The notes under the pieces were generated by a model. It searched no databases. It saw only the letters and a list, made by a program, of their open reading frames with translations, and had not been told where the DNA came from. A stretch of DNA of 62,122 bases, the filler included. It is 15 parts of 15 records of this genome, joined end to end, with 100 filler letters (N's around TTAATTAATTAA, not from the genome) between each part and the next. Parts side by side here need not be neighbours in the genome. Positions count along the whole stretch, not along the records: positions 1 to 3,285 come from SRR7504441_69092; positions 3,386 to 7,227 come from SRR7504441_69140; positions 7,328 to 10,983 come from SRR7504441_69159; 12 more parts are not named here. The stretch is one strand, 5' to 3'. Positions within the stretch are counted from its first letter, which is position 1. Each line of letters begins with the position of its first letter. Both the position numbers and the translations under genes were made by a program. This document shows positions 1 to 11,083 of the stretch, piece after piece.

Positions 1-144
1 CCGGGTCCGAGGCATTTGATGTCCGTTGCTCCACGGAAACCCGACCGGACGTCGAGGAGAACGCACATAGAACATGCTGCTATCTAGCCTACATTGAAAG
101 TATGAATAGAAGAGCCGATCCTGATGAATTATTTTAACGTACTT

Positions 145-999
145 TTAACCGCCGACAACTAGCACCGATGTAAGAGTTCTCAACGTGGCAATCGCCGACA
201 GCGGTGTCAGAAGCCCTGTGGCCGGATTTTCCGGGCTCGGCACACCCTCGATCGACATCTCAAACCTGGACGCCTCCGCATCCACCGCAATGGTGTGCGT
301 ATTACGCTCTACGGTCGGGTCTGCCCAAAGTTCGTAGTGGGTCTTGTCGGGGCCCACTCCTGCGAGCGCCAGCGCCACCGCCACATTCACATTCGCCGGG
401 AACTTCCCGGCCGCCTCGCGCACCGAGCCCGAATACAGCAAGACCGCCGGGTCCTCCGCCTCCAGACTGAGTAAGTCGATTCCTTGTTCCAACACGAAGG
501 GCGCCCGGGCCAGACCGGCCGGCGGCTTGCGTGTGCGCATCACCACAGACCTCACCTCGCCCTCAGCCGCCGCCCGTACCGCGTCGAGGCCCACCAGCGC
601 GCCGGTCGGCACCACCAGCCGCCCACCGCCTGCCCCAGCCACCCGGAGCAGCTGTTCGTAGTGCGCGAGCACCTGCGTGCCAGTCAGCGCCACCAGCGTC
701 CGCCCAGCGCGCAGCGCCGGCTCCGCAAGGGGCAAGAACAGCTCTGGCGGCAGCGCCTCGACCACCACGTCGGCCTGCTCCGGCAGCTGTTCCAGCGGCA
801 GTACTGGCGCGGCGAAGCCTGCGACCTGCATGCGGCCGGTGGCCCGTGCGGGGTCGGAGGCGGACACGGCGGCCAAGCTGAGCCCGGGGATGCCGGTGAC
901 GGCGAGCGAGCGGGCCACATGCATCCCCACCGCGCCCAATCCGGCCACTGCCACCCGCAGCGATCCTGGGACCGCCCCAGCCTGCCTCCAGACCACCAT
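145..999 (-). CDS. nadX: L-aspartate dehydrogenase (NadX family), intronless
   Basis: Rossmann motif RVAVAGLGAVG, then PTGALVGLDAV, RTRKPP, FPANVNVAVALALAG, NTHTI and ENPATG typical of NadX. ATG at 999 chosen because the upstream part of the ORF is antisense to the neighbouring gene. Confidence 0.9.
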   Translation of the reverse strand: MVVWRQAGAVPGSLRVAVAGLGAVGMHVARSLAVTGIPGLSLAAVSASDPARATGRMQVAGFAAPVLPLEQLPEQADVVVEALPPELFLPLAEPALRAGRTLVALTGTQVLAHYEQLLRVAGAGGGRLVVPTGALVGLDAVRAAAEGEVRSVVMRTRKPPAGLARAPFVLEQGIDLLSLEAEDPAVLLYSGSVREAAGKFPANVNVAVALALAGVGPDKTHYELWADPTVERNTHTIAVDAEASRFEMSIEGVPSPENPATGLLTPLSAIATLRTLTSVLVVGG

Positions 1000-1074
1000 T
1001 TGGCCTGGAGCGAATGCCGTTAGATCTGGAATATCGGAAATAGACCCGCAGTGGGCACCGCAGGCGGCGCCGGG

Positions 1075-1730
1075 ATGGGGATGCAGGCGTACTCGATCGA
1101 CATCGACGCGGTGCTCCACCGAGAGCGCGGTGCCCGCCGCCCGCCGCCCGGCCCACCCCGCCGGCAGATACAGTCTACCATTGGAATACCATCCATATAG
1201 GCCGCACCGGCAGGTACGCCGCAGCCCGCGCCGCAGGTCTGATCCGGGCCACAGCGTCGCAGACCCCAAGCCGCGGCTGGGATACGCCTGCGTCTATCGG
1301 CCGGCCAACCACTCTGTGTACATGTACGGTGGGAGCGACCACTCGTGCTTTAACGACCTATGGCGTCTGGACCTGGGTGCCAGAGCTGTCGGGGCCCCCT
1401 GAGCCGTGGTGTCGACAGGCAGCAGAGTGTGGGAGTGCATCCACCCCGGGCTGGAGAAGATACTCTGCGAAGAGCGTAACTACCCGCTTCCCAGGCGCCG
1501 CTGAGGGCCTTAGCGCGCGGTGAGTCGAGAGGCAGGCACGGGCACTCGCTGATCATCCCAACTGAGAAAGAGGGCGGGCTTTTTAACGACAATATGGTGC
1601 TGTTCGGGGGCAAGGGCGAGGACGGCCCACTGGCAGACTGCTGGAGCTACAATTTCGAGAGTGCGGAGGTGCTGGCAATGGGCGGGTTTGGATTGAGGGG
1701 CTGGGGCAGTGGGCTGTGATTGTCACGCCG
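1075..1730 (+). CDS. Kelch-repeat protein, 5 short introns, 3' end apparently lost at a chimeric junction
   Basis: Spliced translation PKPRLGYACVY..VYMYGGSDHSCFNDLWRLDL..PLPRHGHSL..MVLFGGKGEDGPLADCWSYNF..W gives kelch blades. Includes a GC-AG intron at 1495-1535. Confidence 0.7.
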
Positions 1731-1734
1731 AAAG

Positions 1735-1830
1735 TGACCGGACAGCTTCGAGACCATAGGTCGTGGATCCACCACCGAAGTGCCAAACGCGTGTACCAGC
1801 TCTCGGAATCCACACACCGCCGCAGCAATG
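1735..1830 (-). CDS. Short exon fragment resembling a TOG/HEAT repeat of XMAP215/ch-TOG
   Basis: VIAAAVCGFRELVHAFGTSVVDPRPMVSKLSGHF follows an intron-like 3' end (tgatccagcatttccag). Resemblance judged by eye only. Confidence 0.3.
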
Positions 1831-2621
1831 ACCTGGAAATGCTGGATCACAAACCACAGCACGCAGCACAGCTATGCGGGCTGATGCTGTTTGCGATACT
1901 ACAGAGGGTCAGGGTGACACAATCCCAGAGAGGCCCTACTCAAAGGACGGAACAACTAGACTGCAAGAGAGGCTGGAGCAACTAGATTTGAGCTTCAATT
2001 TGGAATACCCGACCAGCACAGAACCAGCACCCAGCGCAATTAATCAGGCGGGAGGCCAGACCCAGGCGCCTCACGTGGAGGATGTGATCATCATTGGGAC
2101 ACCCAAGACCAAGCTGGTGCGACGGCTTTGCCCTGTTCACATGAATGCTTGGTCCAGGTTGAGCTCAAGCTGCTTGACACTCAGAGCGGTGCTTCCACAG
2201 GCACTTCTGAAGTCACTTATGAGGTCTTTGCCTATGCTAGCACTGCTTGAATTGACGAAATGGTTTGCTGCTAAAGGTCCGTGATCCAAATGCTGCATCG
2301 TCAAATGGAGCATCCACCGTACGAGTACCAACCTCTGCTTTCACCTTGGTTGTGCTCTTGCTTGGAGCAGCATATCTAAATCTAACCTAAATCGGCACTA
2401 GCGCACTTGTCGACTTGTACAGTCACGCAGTAGGAAGTACTTGTACCCGCCGCGCCAAATATAAAAAGCTTCGAACTCTAGATATATATTATTTTTGCCT
2501 ACTCTCTACCGATGATGGGTCATTGTCCAGACATCAATTATGTTGAACGCGCATGCTACGCGCATGCAATATAGGTACAATCATGCAATACACATGCAAT
2601 ACAAGCACGAGCTGCAAGCCA

Positions 2622-3285
2622 TCACCAGTCAGAATCCGGCCACTGCTGCTCAGCCTTGGGTGGCGCCACTGCGGCCTGCTGCACCGCGGCGAACTCGACT
2701 TCCGGCCTCGGATGCTCATCGAATATCTCCGCAAATATATCCTGCAACACTATCAACACACACTCTGGCCTACAATCAAACACACCTCAACACTCTGCTC
2801 ACCGCAGCTCGAGTGGTCGTCCATCAAAAGCTCGTCCCCGCTGTGCGGCAGCTTATCCGTTATATGCTCGGCCAGCCGTCCTGTATCCAGCGGCACCTCC
2901 GTGAGCAGCAACTGGTACACGGCCCGGTCCTTCTCGGGGACCTAAACCTAACTGTCAGATCCAACCGACATCGCCAAGCACCGAGTCCCGGACCGTTGCC
3001 AGCTCGCCGGTCAGCGCGCTGGGCTGTGCTAGGTACTGCCTCATGCTAGCGGTAAGCTGAGTCATGCTCTTAGTGGAGACAGTTTCCAACATCCCCATCT
3101 GCTCTAACAGCGCCCCTGACAGCCCAATCAGCCGGCAGCGGGCACCGGCGGGCACCGGCGTACGCCTTGACCCCCCGCTGGATCGCAGTGCCCGACCCGG
3201 GCCGTTCGGAGTCGTCCGCGTCGGCGTACTGGCGCGACTCGTCCAAGAACTTGGCCAATCCGGCCGTGTCGTCGCGGGGCAGCCT
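2622..3285 (-). CDS. Hypothetical protein, 5'-truncated, 3 introns
   Basis: Three GT-AG introns (40, 40 and 44 nt) join ORF pieces into one frame ending ...AEQQWPDSDW-TGA. Confidence 0.6.
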
Positions 3286-3385
3286 NNNNNNNNNNNNNNN
3301 NNNNNNNNNNNNNNNNNNNNNNNNNNNNNTTAATTAATTAANNNNNNNNNNNNNNNNNNNNNNNNNNNNNNNNNNNNNNNNNNNN
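3286..3385. other. Artificial contig spacer (first of 14)
   Basis: 100-bp N run with a central TTAATTAATTAA (stops in all frames). Identical spacers at 7228-7327, 10984-11083, 14442-14541, 17615-17714, 22095-22194, 25350-25449, 29357-29456, 36153-36252, 40565-40664, 45226-45325, 49304-49403, 53410-53509 and 58576-58675. Confidence 0.98.
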
Positions 3386-3451
3386 GTGCTACCGTTGCAA
3401 TTGCCGTTAAAAACCCGCTGGGAGATCATGGCAGGGGATGGTAGGTGGTAG

Positions 3452-4735
3452 GTGATGGCAGGTTCTGGTGGTGTTTGCATCATCGACAATGGGTCCTACA
3501 CCACCAAGGCCGGAAGATCCGGGGGCGAGGCGCCCGCTCCCACCTCTGTCTTCAGCTGCAGCGTGCGCAGGCCCAAAACTCTCACCATGGCGCTGCTTTC
3601 GCGCGCACCCACGGGAGGCGAGGATGATCAGAGCTTGGCGCATTGGGGACCGTTGCTGCCTCGATGGGTCGGGGAGGACACACAGCCCATAGTCGGGGAC
3701 CGCTGGCCGCGTTGCAAGGCCGGGCTGCTGCGCTGCCACCGGCCGATAGTGGACGGGCGGATCAGCAATCGCGACGACATGCAGCTGATCTGGGGCCACG
3801 CACTCGCCGAGCTGGGCTGGGGCGGGCCGGCCGGCAGTGTGCTGCTGACAGACGTGCACTCGCCTACTAAATCCTCGCGGGAGTGGACCGCTGAGGTCAT
3901 GTTTGAGCGGTTCGAAGCCGAACAGTTATCACTGGCCGACCCGGCCCTAATGGCGCTGTTCAGTGTGGGGAGGGCCAACGGGCTCGTTCTCAGCAGCGGG
4001 TTTGAGCTGACGCGAGCGACCGTAGTGTACGAGGGCTACCCGATGCGCTGCAGCTACAGCCAGTTCGGACCGGCGGGCGGCGCCATTACTCGAGCACTCG
4101 CCGAGAGCCTCTCTGCGCAGGGATGCGAGGTGGATTCGCACACAGCGAATGAAATCAAGGCGCGTCTGTGCTATATGCCAGCCGTGGGCGATCCTGTAGA
4201 CGAGGGGGCGGCTTTCAGCATGCCTGATGGCCGCACAGTCACGATATCTGCGGCGGAGCGGGCTCTTCCGGACGTTATGTTCAATCGAAACGTGACTAAG
4301 TTGCTCGAGCCGGGCAGCGGGCAGGGACCAGAGTGGTCTGAACTGCAAAGGACGATGCCAAGGACGACCAGCGGGCTGACAGAAATGGCCTGGTGGTCGA
4401 TTGAGCAGGACATCGAGACGAGACGAGACCTATGCAACAACATCTTTCTGTCCGGAGGAAACATGCTGCTTCGTGGGCTGCAAACGAGGTTGCAGGCCGA
4501 GCTTCAGTACATCTACTCAGGCCGCATACGCTGCAAGGTGGATATTTTGAATAGTTCGTCCCCGGACAGACAAGGTGTCGTGAATCCTATGTCCTCGAGC
4601 TGGATCGGTGCGAGCGTGGTGGCTGAGCTCTCTGTCTATTCGACCGACCTCTGCATTGCTCGTTCGAAATATAACGAGATTGGTCCACGCAGCATTCACC
4701 AAGTCGGGACTGGCTGCATGCTAGCTCCAGTATAG
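3452..4735 (+). CDS. Divergent actin-related protein, intronless
   Basis: IIDNGSYTTKAG, RPIVDGRI, SVLLTD, EVMFERF, FSMPDGRTV, DIETRRDLCNNIFLSGG, SSWIGASV and YNEIGP match the actin fold. Confidence 0.9.
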   Translation: MMAGSGGVCIIDNGSYTTKAGRSGGEAPAPTSVFSCSVRRPKTLTMALLSRAPTGGEDDQSLAHWGPLLPRWVGEDTQPIVGDRWPRCKAGLLRCHRPIVDGRISNRDDMQLIWGHALAELGWGGPAGSVLLTDVHSPTKSSREWTAEVMFERFEAEQLSLADPALMALFSVGRANGLVLSSGFELTRATVVYEGYPMRCSYSQFGPAGGAITRALAESLSAQGCEVDSHTANEIKARLCYMPAVGDPVDEGAAFSMPDGRTVTISAAERALPDVMFNRNVTKLLEPGSGQGPEWSELQRTMPRTTSGLTEMAWWSIEQDIETRRDLCNNIFLSGGNMLLRGLQTRLQAELQYIYSGRIRCKVDILNSSSPDRQGVVNPMSSSWIGASVVAELSVYSTDLCIARSKYNEIGPRSIHQVGTGCMLAPV

Positions 4736-4740
4736 CATAT

Positions 4741-4789
4741 CGGTGTCTATTACGCCAATATCGGCGTAATATAGGCGTAATAGACACCG
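4741..4789. repeat. Perfect 16-bp inverted repeat (hairpin) just after the actin-related stop codon
   Basis: cggtgtctattacgcc (4741-4756) and ggcgtaatagacaccg (4774-4789). Confidence 0.9.
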
Positions 4790-5048
4790 GTATCAGTGCC
4801 TCTCCGGGTATGTCGTATGATCACCAGCCGAGTTATAAGGCTCATTTAATTATAATTATATCAAACCCTAACATTTTACATAGTCGAGCACCATACAATT
4901 ACTGCGTCGATGGACTGCAGCCGATTGCTAGCGCACAACGATGACTAACACAATTATGCATGGCATTGTACTCTTGAGGGGTACGCGTGGCGTGGGGAGC
5001 TTGTGCTTGCATATGTGATGCACACGCCGACGCTAGGCCTACGTTCAC

Positions 5049-6030
5049 TCAAATAGATCCTGGTTCACCAGTGAGCTGCCGGCGTCGAGCCAGCAACTGC
5101 TCGAGCCGCTCTCGATGATGCTCGGCACCCGTCAGCACCTTGCCAATCACAGTGTGTCGAATGACTTTCTCTTCGCCTGTCCCTTCGTACTTTTCAAACT
5201 TCTTGTCCTTTGAGTCCTTGGCTGCGGTGGCGGCGCCCCATTCCTCACCCGCGCCCATGTCATCGTGCATCATCACCTTTGACTCGACCACGCGCTCTCG
5301 CTCCTCCCATTTCTCGTCTCGAATAATCAGTTTCTCCACCTCCGCAATCTCGGATTCCACCTCCCTGAGTGCTTCTTGAAGGGCCTGTTGGGTGGCTGCG
5401 GCAGTGTTCTGCACCCGACTGCACTGTTCTCCAAATCTCATGGACTGTATGGACTCGACAGCATGCCGATCCTCACTGGATACTGTCACAATCACGCTCG
5501 TCTTGGCATCACCACCCAGAGATTGGGACAGCAGCATTGTCAGCTTGCTGTCTTGGTAAGGGATTCTGGGCACCGGTCTATTGGCTTCGATTGCGTCTCG
5601 CCTGGCATTCAGGGCGCCTATGCACTTTTTGAGGGCAAAAAGCCCCTCATTGATGTGCACGGCCTCTTTGAGTCTGCCTCGGGCAGCATAATACTCGGTC
5701 CAGGCCTCCGGGTTGGCCTTGGTGGGCGGCGCTTTGACCTCGGCGTTGGCTCGAGACTTGTTGAGACGCTCCGAGCCCCCAAGATCACACAGGAAGAGTT
5801 TGGACACCACAGACACCCCGTGGGCGTTCTCCTGTGAAAGCGAGAGCACAAAAACGCTGTGTGCCCGTGTACTCCGCTCGTTCATCGCAGTGGCAGCTCG
5901 GCGCTTCTGAGCATTCCCTTCGAGCAGCAGCTCGGTGGCCCTGGCTGTCGAGCTGAGCTCCATCTCGGCGTTGCCATCAAGCACGTACCGATGCCCGACC
6001 CTGTCGCTAGCTCGGACCACAGCACCACCC
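5049..6030 (-). CDS. Kinesin, C-terminal half of motor plus tail; N-terminal half absent
   Basis: ATAMNERSTRAHSVF (switch I), LFLCDLGGSE (switch II), IPYQDSKLTMLL and SLGGDAKT. No P-loop upstream. Confidence 0.85.
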
Positions 6031-6489
6031 TCGACGAGGACGAGGAGGAGCCCATTTGGTGTCGGGACGACGACCTGGTTCTTTTCTTTGAGTGGAAATC
6101 GGCCTCCAAGATTATTAACGGCTTTTGCTTTCCGAGAGCGTGACGGAGAGGCCAAAAACCAGCCAAGCTCGACATTAATGGAACATGTGCTTGTACTTTT
6201 AAACGGATTAACTTAGTTCGACGATCGTAGGAAAGCACCGCTATCCATGACCAGTCGAAGATACTAGCTACGGTAATTGCCTAGAGGTCCCACAAAGTAC
6301 GTACGGAGCGTTGCACTGCTCACTTGGACTTGGATCGCCACATTGCGTAAAGCCCTCCGATCGCCGCCAGCGCCCTGCCCACGATCATCTGAGCAGCCCA
6401 GGGGCAAGCACTCACGTGATCCCAGCCGCTAGGTACCCCAGGCCCGACCAGTCATCTGCCAGCCAACAGTCAGTGCCAGCTCGACGCAT

Positions 6490-7227
6490 CTATCCACCCT
6501 CGTCCTCGAAGTCTGGATCTGATGCGTTTGCTGCTGCTGTCTTCTGGGCGACAGCGGTGGCCTTCTTGGTCTTGGCCTGCTGCTTCTTCTGCTGCTTGGC
6601 TTCTTGGGTCTTCTGCATGGTCGCGCGCAGCTTCTCACCCGCCAGCCGTTCCTCCTCCCTGAGCGCCTGCTCCTTGGCCTTGTACAAGCTCTGCACAATC
6701 AGCCCGGTGAGCCGCGCTTGGGCTCAGTTGGCACCTCTACTTTTTCGTAGAATGCGAGCGATTTCTTGTCGTCCTTGATCATCGACCTTGCAGTCTTTAG
6801 CATCTTGTGCAGGCCCTCCTTCTTGAAGGCGTCCAGCTCGTCCGCCATCGCAGTCACCACCTGCCCCCGGGCGCCTCAACAGACCGACCACTGGCCACAC
6901 ACCTGGGCCCGGTACAAGTATGCCTTCACTCTCCAGCCGTTGACCTGCGACGGCTTGACCCCCGGCACTTCCTCCGCCTCCGAGCCGTCCGCAGCTGACT
7001 TGGCACACGAATCTGCACTGACCGCGCAGGTCTTGGTCAGCTGCGCCCCAAGGCTCAGTCGGCCGCATGCACCCAACGCACATTATCAAGGAATCCCTTG
7101 GTCATCCCGAGCGTGGCCCTATCCGGCTCGCCCTCGGTCGGCCTGCTCGAGTAGACTCGTTCGGTCATCCCGAGCACTTCCAGCCGACCGATTAGGTTAT
7201 TAACCGCCTTCATAATCGCATAGGTCT
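6490..7227 (-). CDS. Hypothetical Lys/Glu-rich coiled-coil protein, 3 introns, possibly 5'-truncated
   Basis: GT-AG introns of 41, 42 and 44 nt join the frames. Frame is open to the contig edge and ends DPDFEDEGG-TAG. Confidence 0.6.
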
Positions 7228-7483
7228 NNNNNNNNNNNNNNNNNNNNNNNNNNNNNNNNNNNNNNNNNNNNTTAATTAATTAANNNNNNNNNNNNNNNNN
7301 NNNNNNNNNNNNNNNNNNNNNNNNNNNCCTTCAGACCCAGACAGACCCTATACACTTCGGACTGCATGGCCTAGAAGCGTTTATTAAAAAAGTTATCCTG
7401 ACAGCAAAATTCGGTTTTCACCGGCCTGCCAGAGTCCACGTAGATCTAGCAGAATCGATGAAGCAGCAACTTGTGTATTTTAA

Positions 7484-10400
7484 TTAAGCTTTTCCTTGTA
7501 CAACCACGTCAAAGATCTTCGAAGCACTGAGCAGCTCATTCAAAGCATGACATATGCTTTTGGATCGCGTTTCCTCGACCTTCAAGGCATTCAAGCAATC
7601 TCCATATGTCTTACCCCAAATAGACTACAAACTCAAGTCAAAACACTCACAATCTAGTGGCGCCCCACACCTGCTCGCGTCGGCACAAGCCAGCCTCTTG
7701 CTGCACAAAGCTAAGGGCAAGCGCAGCTTGATTTCTTTTCTCAATACAGCCAAGAGCATTGTACGCCCGTGCCTGCGCACTCGACCACCTCAGAGTCTGT
7801 CACCTGAAATTATAAGAGAGTGAGTTGACCAATAAGTAGATCGTCTCCTCCATCTCACGAAATGCTTGCACTTCACAGAATGCTTTGAGCGCTTCATTGA
7901 GCGCAAGCACCTGCTGCAAGTCATGCTGCGATCTCAAATAAGCAGGCTTCACCGCATCATGAACGCCATCCGGGCGACTCAAGTGACACTTGGCAACCAC
8001 CAGGTGGGCACCTTGAACACGTTACCAAACATGAATGCAAGGAAGCACGTGAGTCTGAGAAAGTTACCCCCACATAAAATTGTAGGACCGTCCCCAAGGA
8101 TCGTTGGCATCCATTTGTCAAGCACTTGTAGAGCTTCTTCCTGCAGCCCAAACATGAATGAGCACCACAACAATTCTTGACGACTAACAACTGAGACACT
8201 ACCTGCAGTCCGATGTCCAAAAGGGCCCCAGCAGTCACTAACACTACTGAAGCTGCTGCCATTTCTGCTTTGCATTTCTGGGCAAGGTTCATACAGCGCA
8301 ACGTATACACCAGTGTCGCGCATGTGTTACCGCAGTGCTGAGAGAGCACATAATTTTGAGCAGCAGGGTTAAACTGGGAGTGCCTGAAAAGCTTTGGTAG
8401 CCAGGTGCAGTGCCTTTATCTTTCCCCTTTCATGCTGTGTACATTGCGCCCAATGCAGTGCATTATGCGTCACCTCTACACACTGCCCTGCTCGGAGCTT
8501 CCACCCAAGTTGGATCAGCTCAGGCATAGCCTGACAAGCAGACTTTTGAGAATGCAGGTTTTGAGTATGACCTGGCTGCAGGAGTTTTGGTCCCAGACTG
8601 TGAGTCCGCAGATTTCAACCTACGGTCAGATTCTGCAGCTTAGCATGATGAATTTGTCACCAAGAGTGCTGAAGCCCGCAAAAGTTCTCCTCTTTGCAAT
8701 GCCCGTTCGTACAACAGCTGGGTCACCACTCGCTCCCAGTACCCCACAGCAGTCTGATCTATGTCGTAGTAGGCTTCCAACAGAAGGCACAGTGCATGCT
8801 GATGCCAGCTCTGGACAACACATCACACCACTGATGTATGAACAACGAGTTGGGTGTGCCTGCAAGGCACGGCGACATTGTAGCAGGCAGCTCTCATTCG
8901 ATGGCATTGCAACTGCTGAGGCATGTACCTAAAATGCAGAGCCATGCCTCAATAGAGGCCTCGGATGCTTACATGCCTCGACACCAAGGTTGGCATGTAG
9001 CTGAGCCAATCTCTGCGACCCGAGCGCATCCCAAGCTGCAAATCAACAGTCAGAAAACAAGAGCGTGCTTCAAAAATTCTGGTTACCAGCAGCCTGAGTG
9101 GCGTGAATTTGGCCCATCAAGTGGCTATGCCCGTGTTCTACCATCATGGCACTCCTCTGCGCAGCCGCCAAGTGATCCCAAAGTTTCTGCGCCAACAAAG
9201 AATCTGCCACAACGTCGAAATGCTCTCTCCAGAGGCAAGGACACGCACCATCATGTGCAAACTGATTTGCGCCTCCATTTTGCAGCAACAGTGCAGCCAG
9301 TGAAATGTGTCCAAGAGCAGCTACGCTTGGCTGGATTGAGCAAAGCAGATTCAGATTGGCGAGGCTTTCGCAAGGAACCGACCTGCTCGAGCTCAGTGGC
9401 TCCAGAAATGCACTGCTGAAGCATCTGGAGCCTCTGCTGTTTGTGCTCAATCGAGGTGCTTGGCTGTGAGCATGAGAGTCGGTGCATCCAGCCGAGCACA
9501 TGTACCTGTTAGATGACAGTGGTAACTCAACAACTGGCTGCCACAGCCACAGGCGCTTACAGGAAGACTTACCAGGCAGGTTGGATCGTTGTTCTGATGG
9601 GCAATGGACACCGTCTCGTCTACTGCCTGCATGAGTAGTCACAGTAGACCCACCTGCATGTTGCCTGTAGAGCAAGTTGCACATGCCCAAATCTATGGTG
9701 AAGCACTGCCAGGTTGAGCAGCCCATACGGCAGCACAGTAGCTGCTCGCTTGGACGAGGTCTGACCACTGCTAGTTGGTGCCTGTGGCCAGTTCGCCAGG
9801 GTAGGCGCCACCAGGACTGCCTGGGCACTGCCCATTGAATGATCAAAATAGAAGTGGAGACTCTCGATTGCCCCGACAAATTCTCGGTCTCGCAAGCACC
9901 GCAAAAACCGCAGGTAGTGCACCTTGGACACATGTGGTGCGAGGTTCACCATCTGCTCCACATGCGCAGCTGATGCAACTGCGAAACCAGAATCCGATGC
10001 ACCTGGGATAACCTATCGGTGAAAATTGTAAGCAGGCGAATACCCTCGGTTCGTTGGGCTTCTGCGTGCACAAACGCCTCGAGCTGAGAACAGAACAGCT
10101 TGCCTGGCAGTGCAGTCAGGCACATTAGCTGCTGGAGTCTGCACCCTGGACTGAAGTGTCTGGGTGCTTGAGGTAGAGCTCAAACTGTTCGAACAGTCCC
10201 GAGAGGCCCTGCAGTGCAACGGTGAACCTCACCGCTGGGCGAGCCGTGCACTGTAAACATCTTAGTCTCCGCTGCCAGAATGACGCGCCGGACAAAGATG
10301 CCAAAAACTGAGTTGCGATCCTGCCCACCTTCCTGCCTGCAGCACACAGGTCGCAGCGCGCGTCACCAGTCTCCCTGAAAACGCACTGCAATCCTCGACA

Positions 10401-10913
10401 TTCTGTGGCTGCTGCAGTAGCGTTTTCAGCCGGACATGCAACACTTGAAATAGATCGTCCGGGCTGCGAACGGCGGCAACCTGCCAGTCCTCCCATGTGC
10501 GCCGACACACGCTTCCCACCTCGTTGTTCAACCGCTCGATGATTACTTCACCTGTGTTTTCAAAGATGAGCCAGCGAGCCGGTAGTCCCAGACCGTGCGG
10601 CAGCGTAGTGAGCGCGCCATGCAGCTCCGAGAAGGTCTTCTCCAGGTGATGGCGAGGATTCTGCAGTCGTAAATGAGTGGACCGATTGTGTGGCGTTGAC
10701 CTTGATCTCGGCCAACAGGAATAGCGCGAGCTCCTCCCGAAGCTGAGCAGGGTGAAAGCCCGGCCATGCACTAACGGGACACCCGTGGAGGAACAGGCTG
10801 GTGACGATCAGCGTAGGTGAAGAGCAATACGCATAACGACACCTTGTGCGGCGTGACCTGGACTCATGGTTACCCCTAGCACGGTCATTTTGCCCAACCT
10901 CCTCACGATGCAT
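7484..10913 (-). CDS. ANAPC5: Anaphase-promoting complex subunit 5, more than 15 short introns
   Basis: Spliced MHREE|VTPHKVSLCVLL, SVFGIFVRRVIL, VHYLRFLRCLRDREFVGAIESLHFYFD, YGLLNLAVLHHRFGH, AVDETVSIAHQNND and YLL|ARAYNALG. Exons between about 8000 and 8900 not fully traced. Confidence 0.82.
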
Positions 10914-11083
10914 CGTGTTCCCACCTCACGTCCACAGCGCGATAAGCCGAGAGGCAAGCGTGTTTCAAACTACGGTACATGTANNNNNNNNNNNNNNNNN
11001 NNNNNNNNNNNNNNNNNNNNNNNNNNNTTAATTAATTAANNNNNNNNNNNNNNNNNNNNNNNNNNNNNNNNNNNNNNNNNNNN

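Noticed and set aside
6105-7212. Similar KAVNNL peptide near 6111-6125 and 7195-7210
   Set aside because: Short match only; one copy is in a probably non-coding antisense frame. Considered chance.
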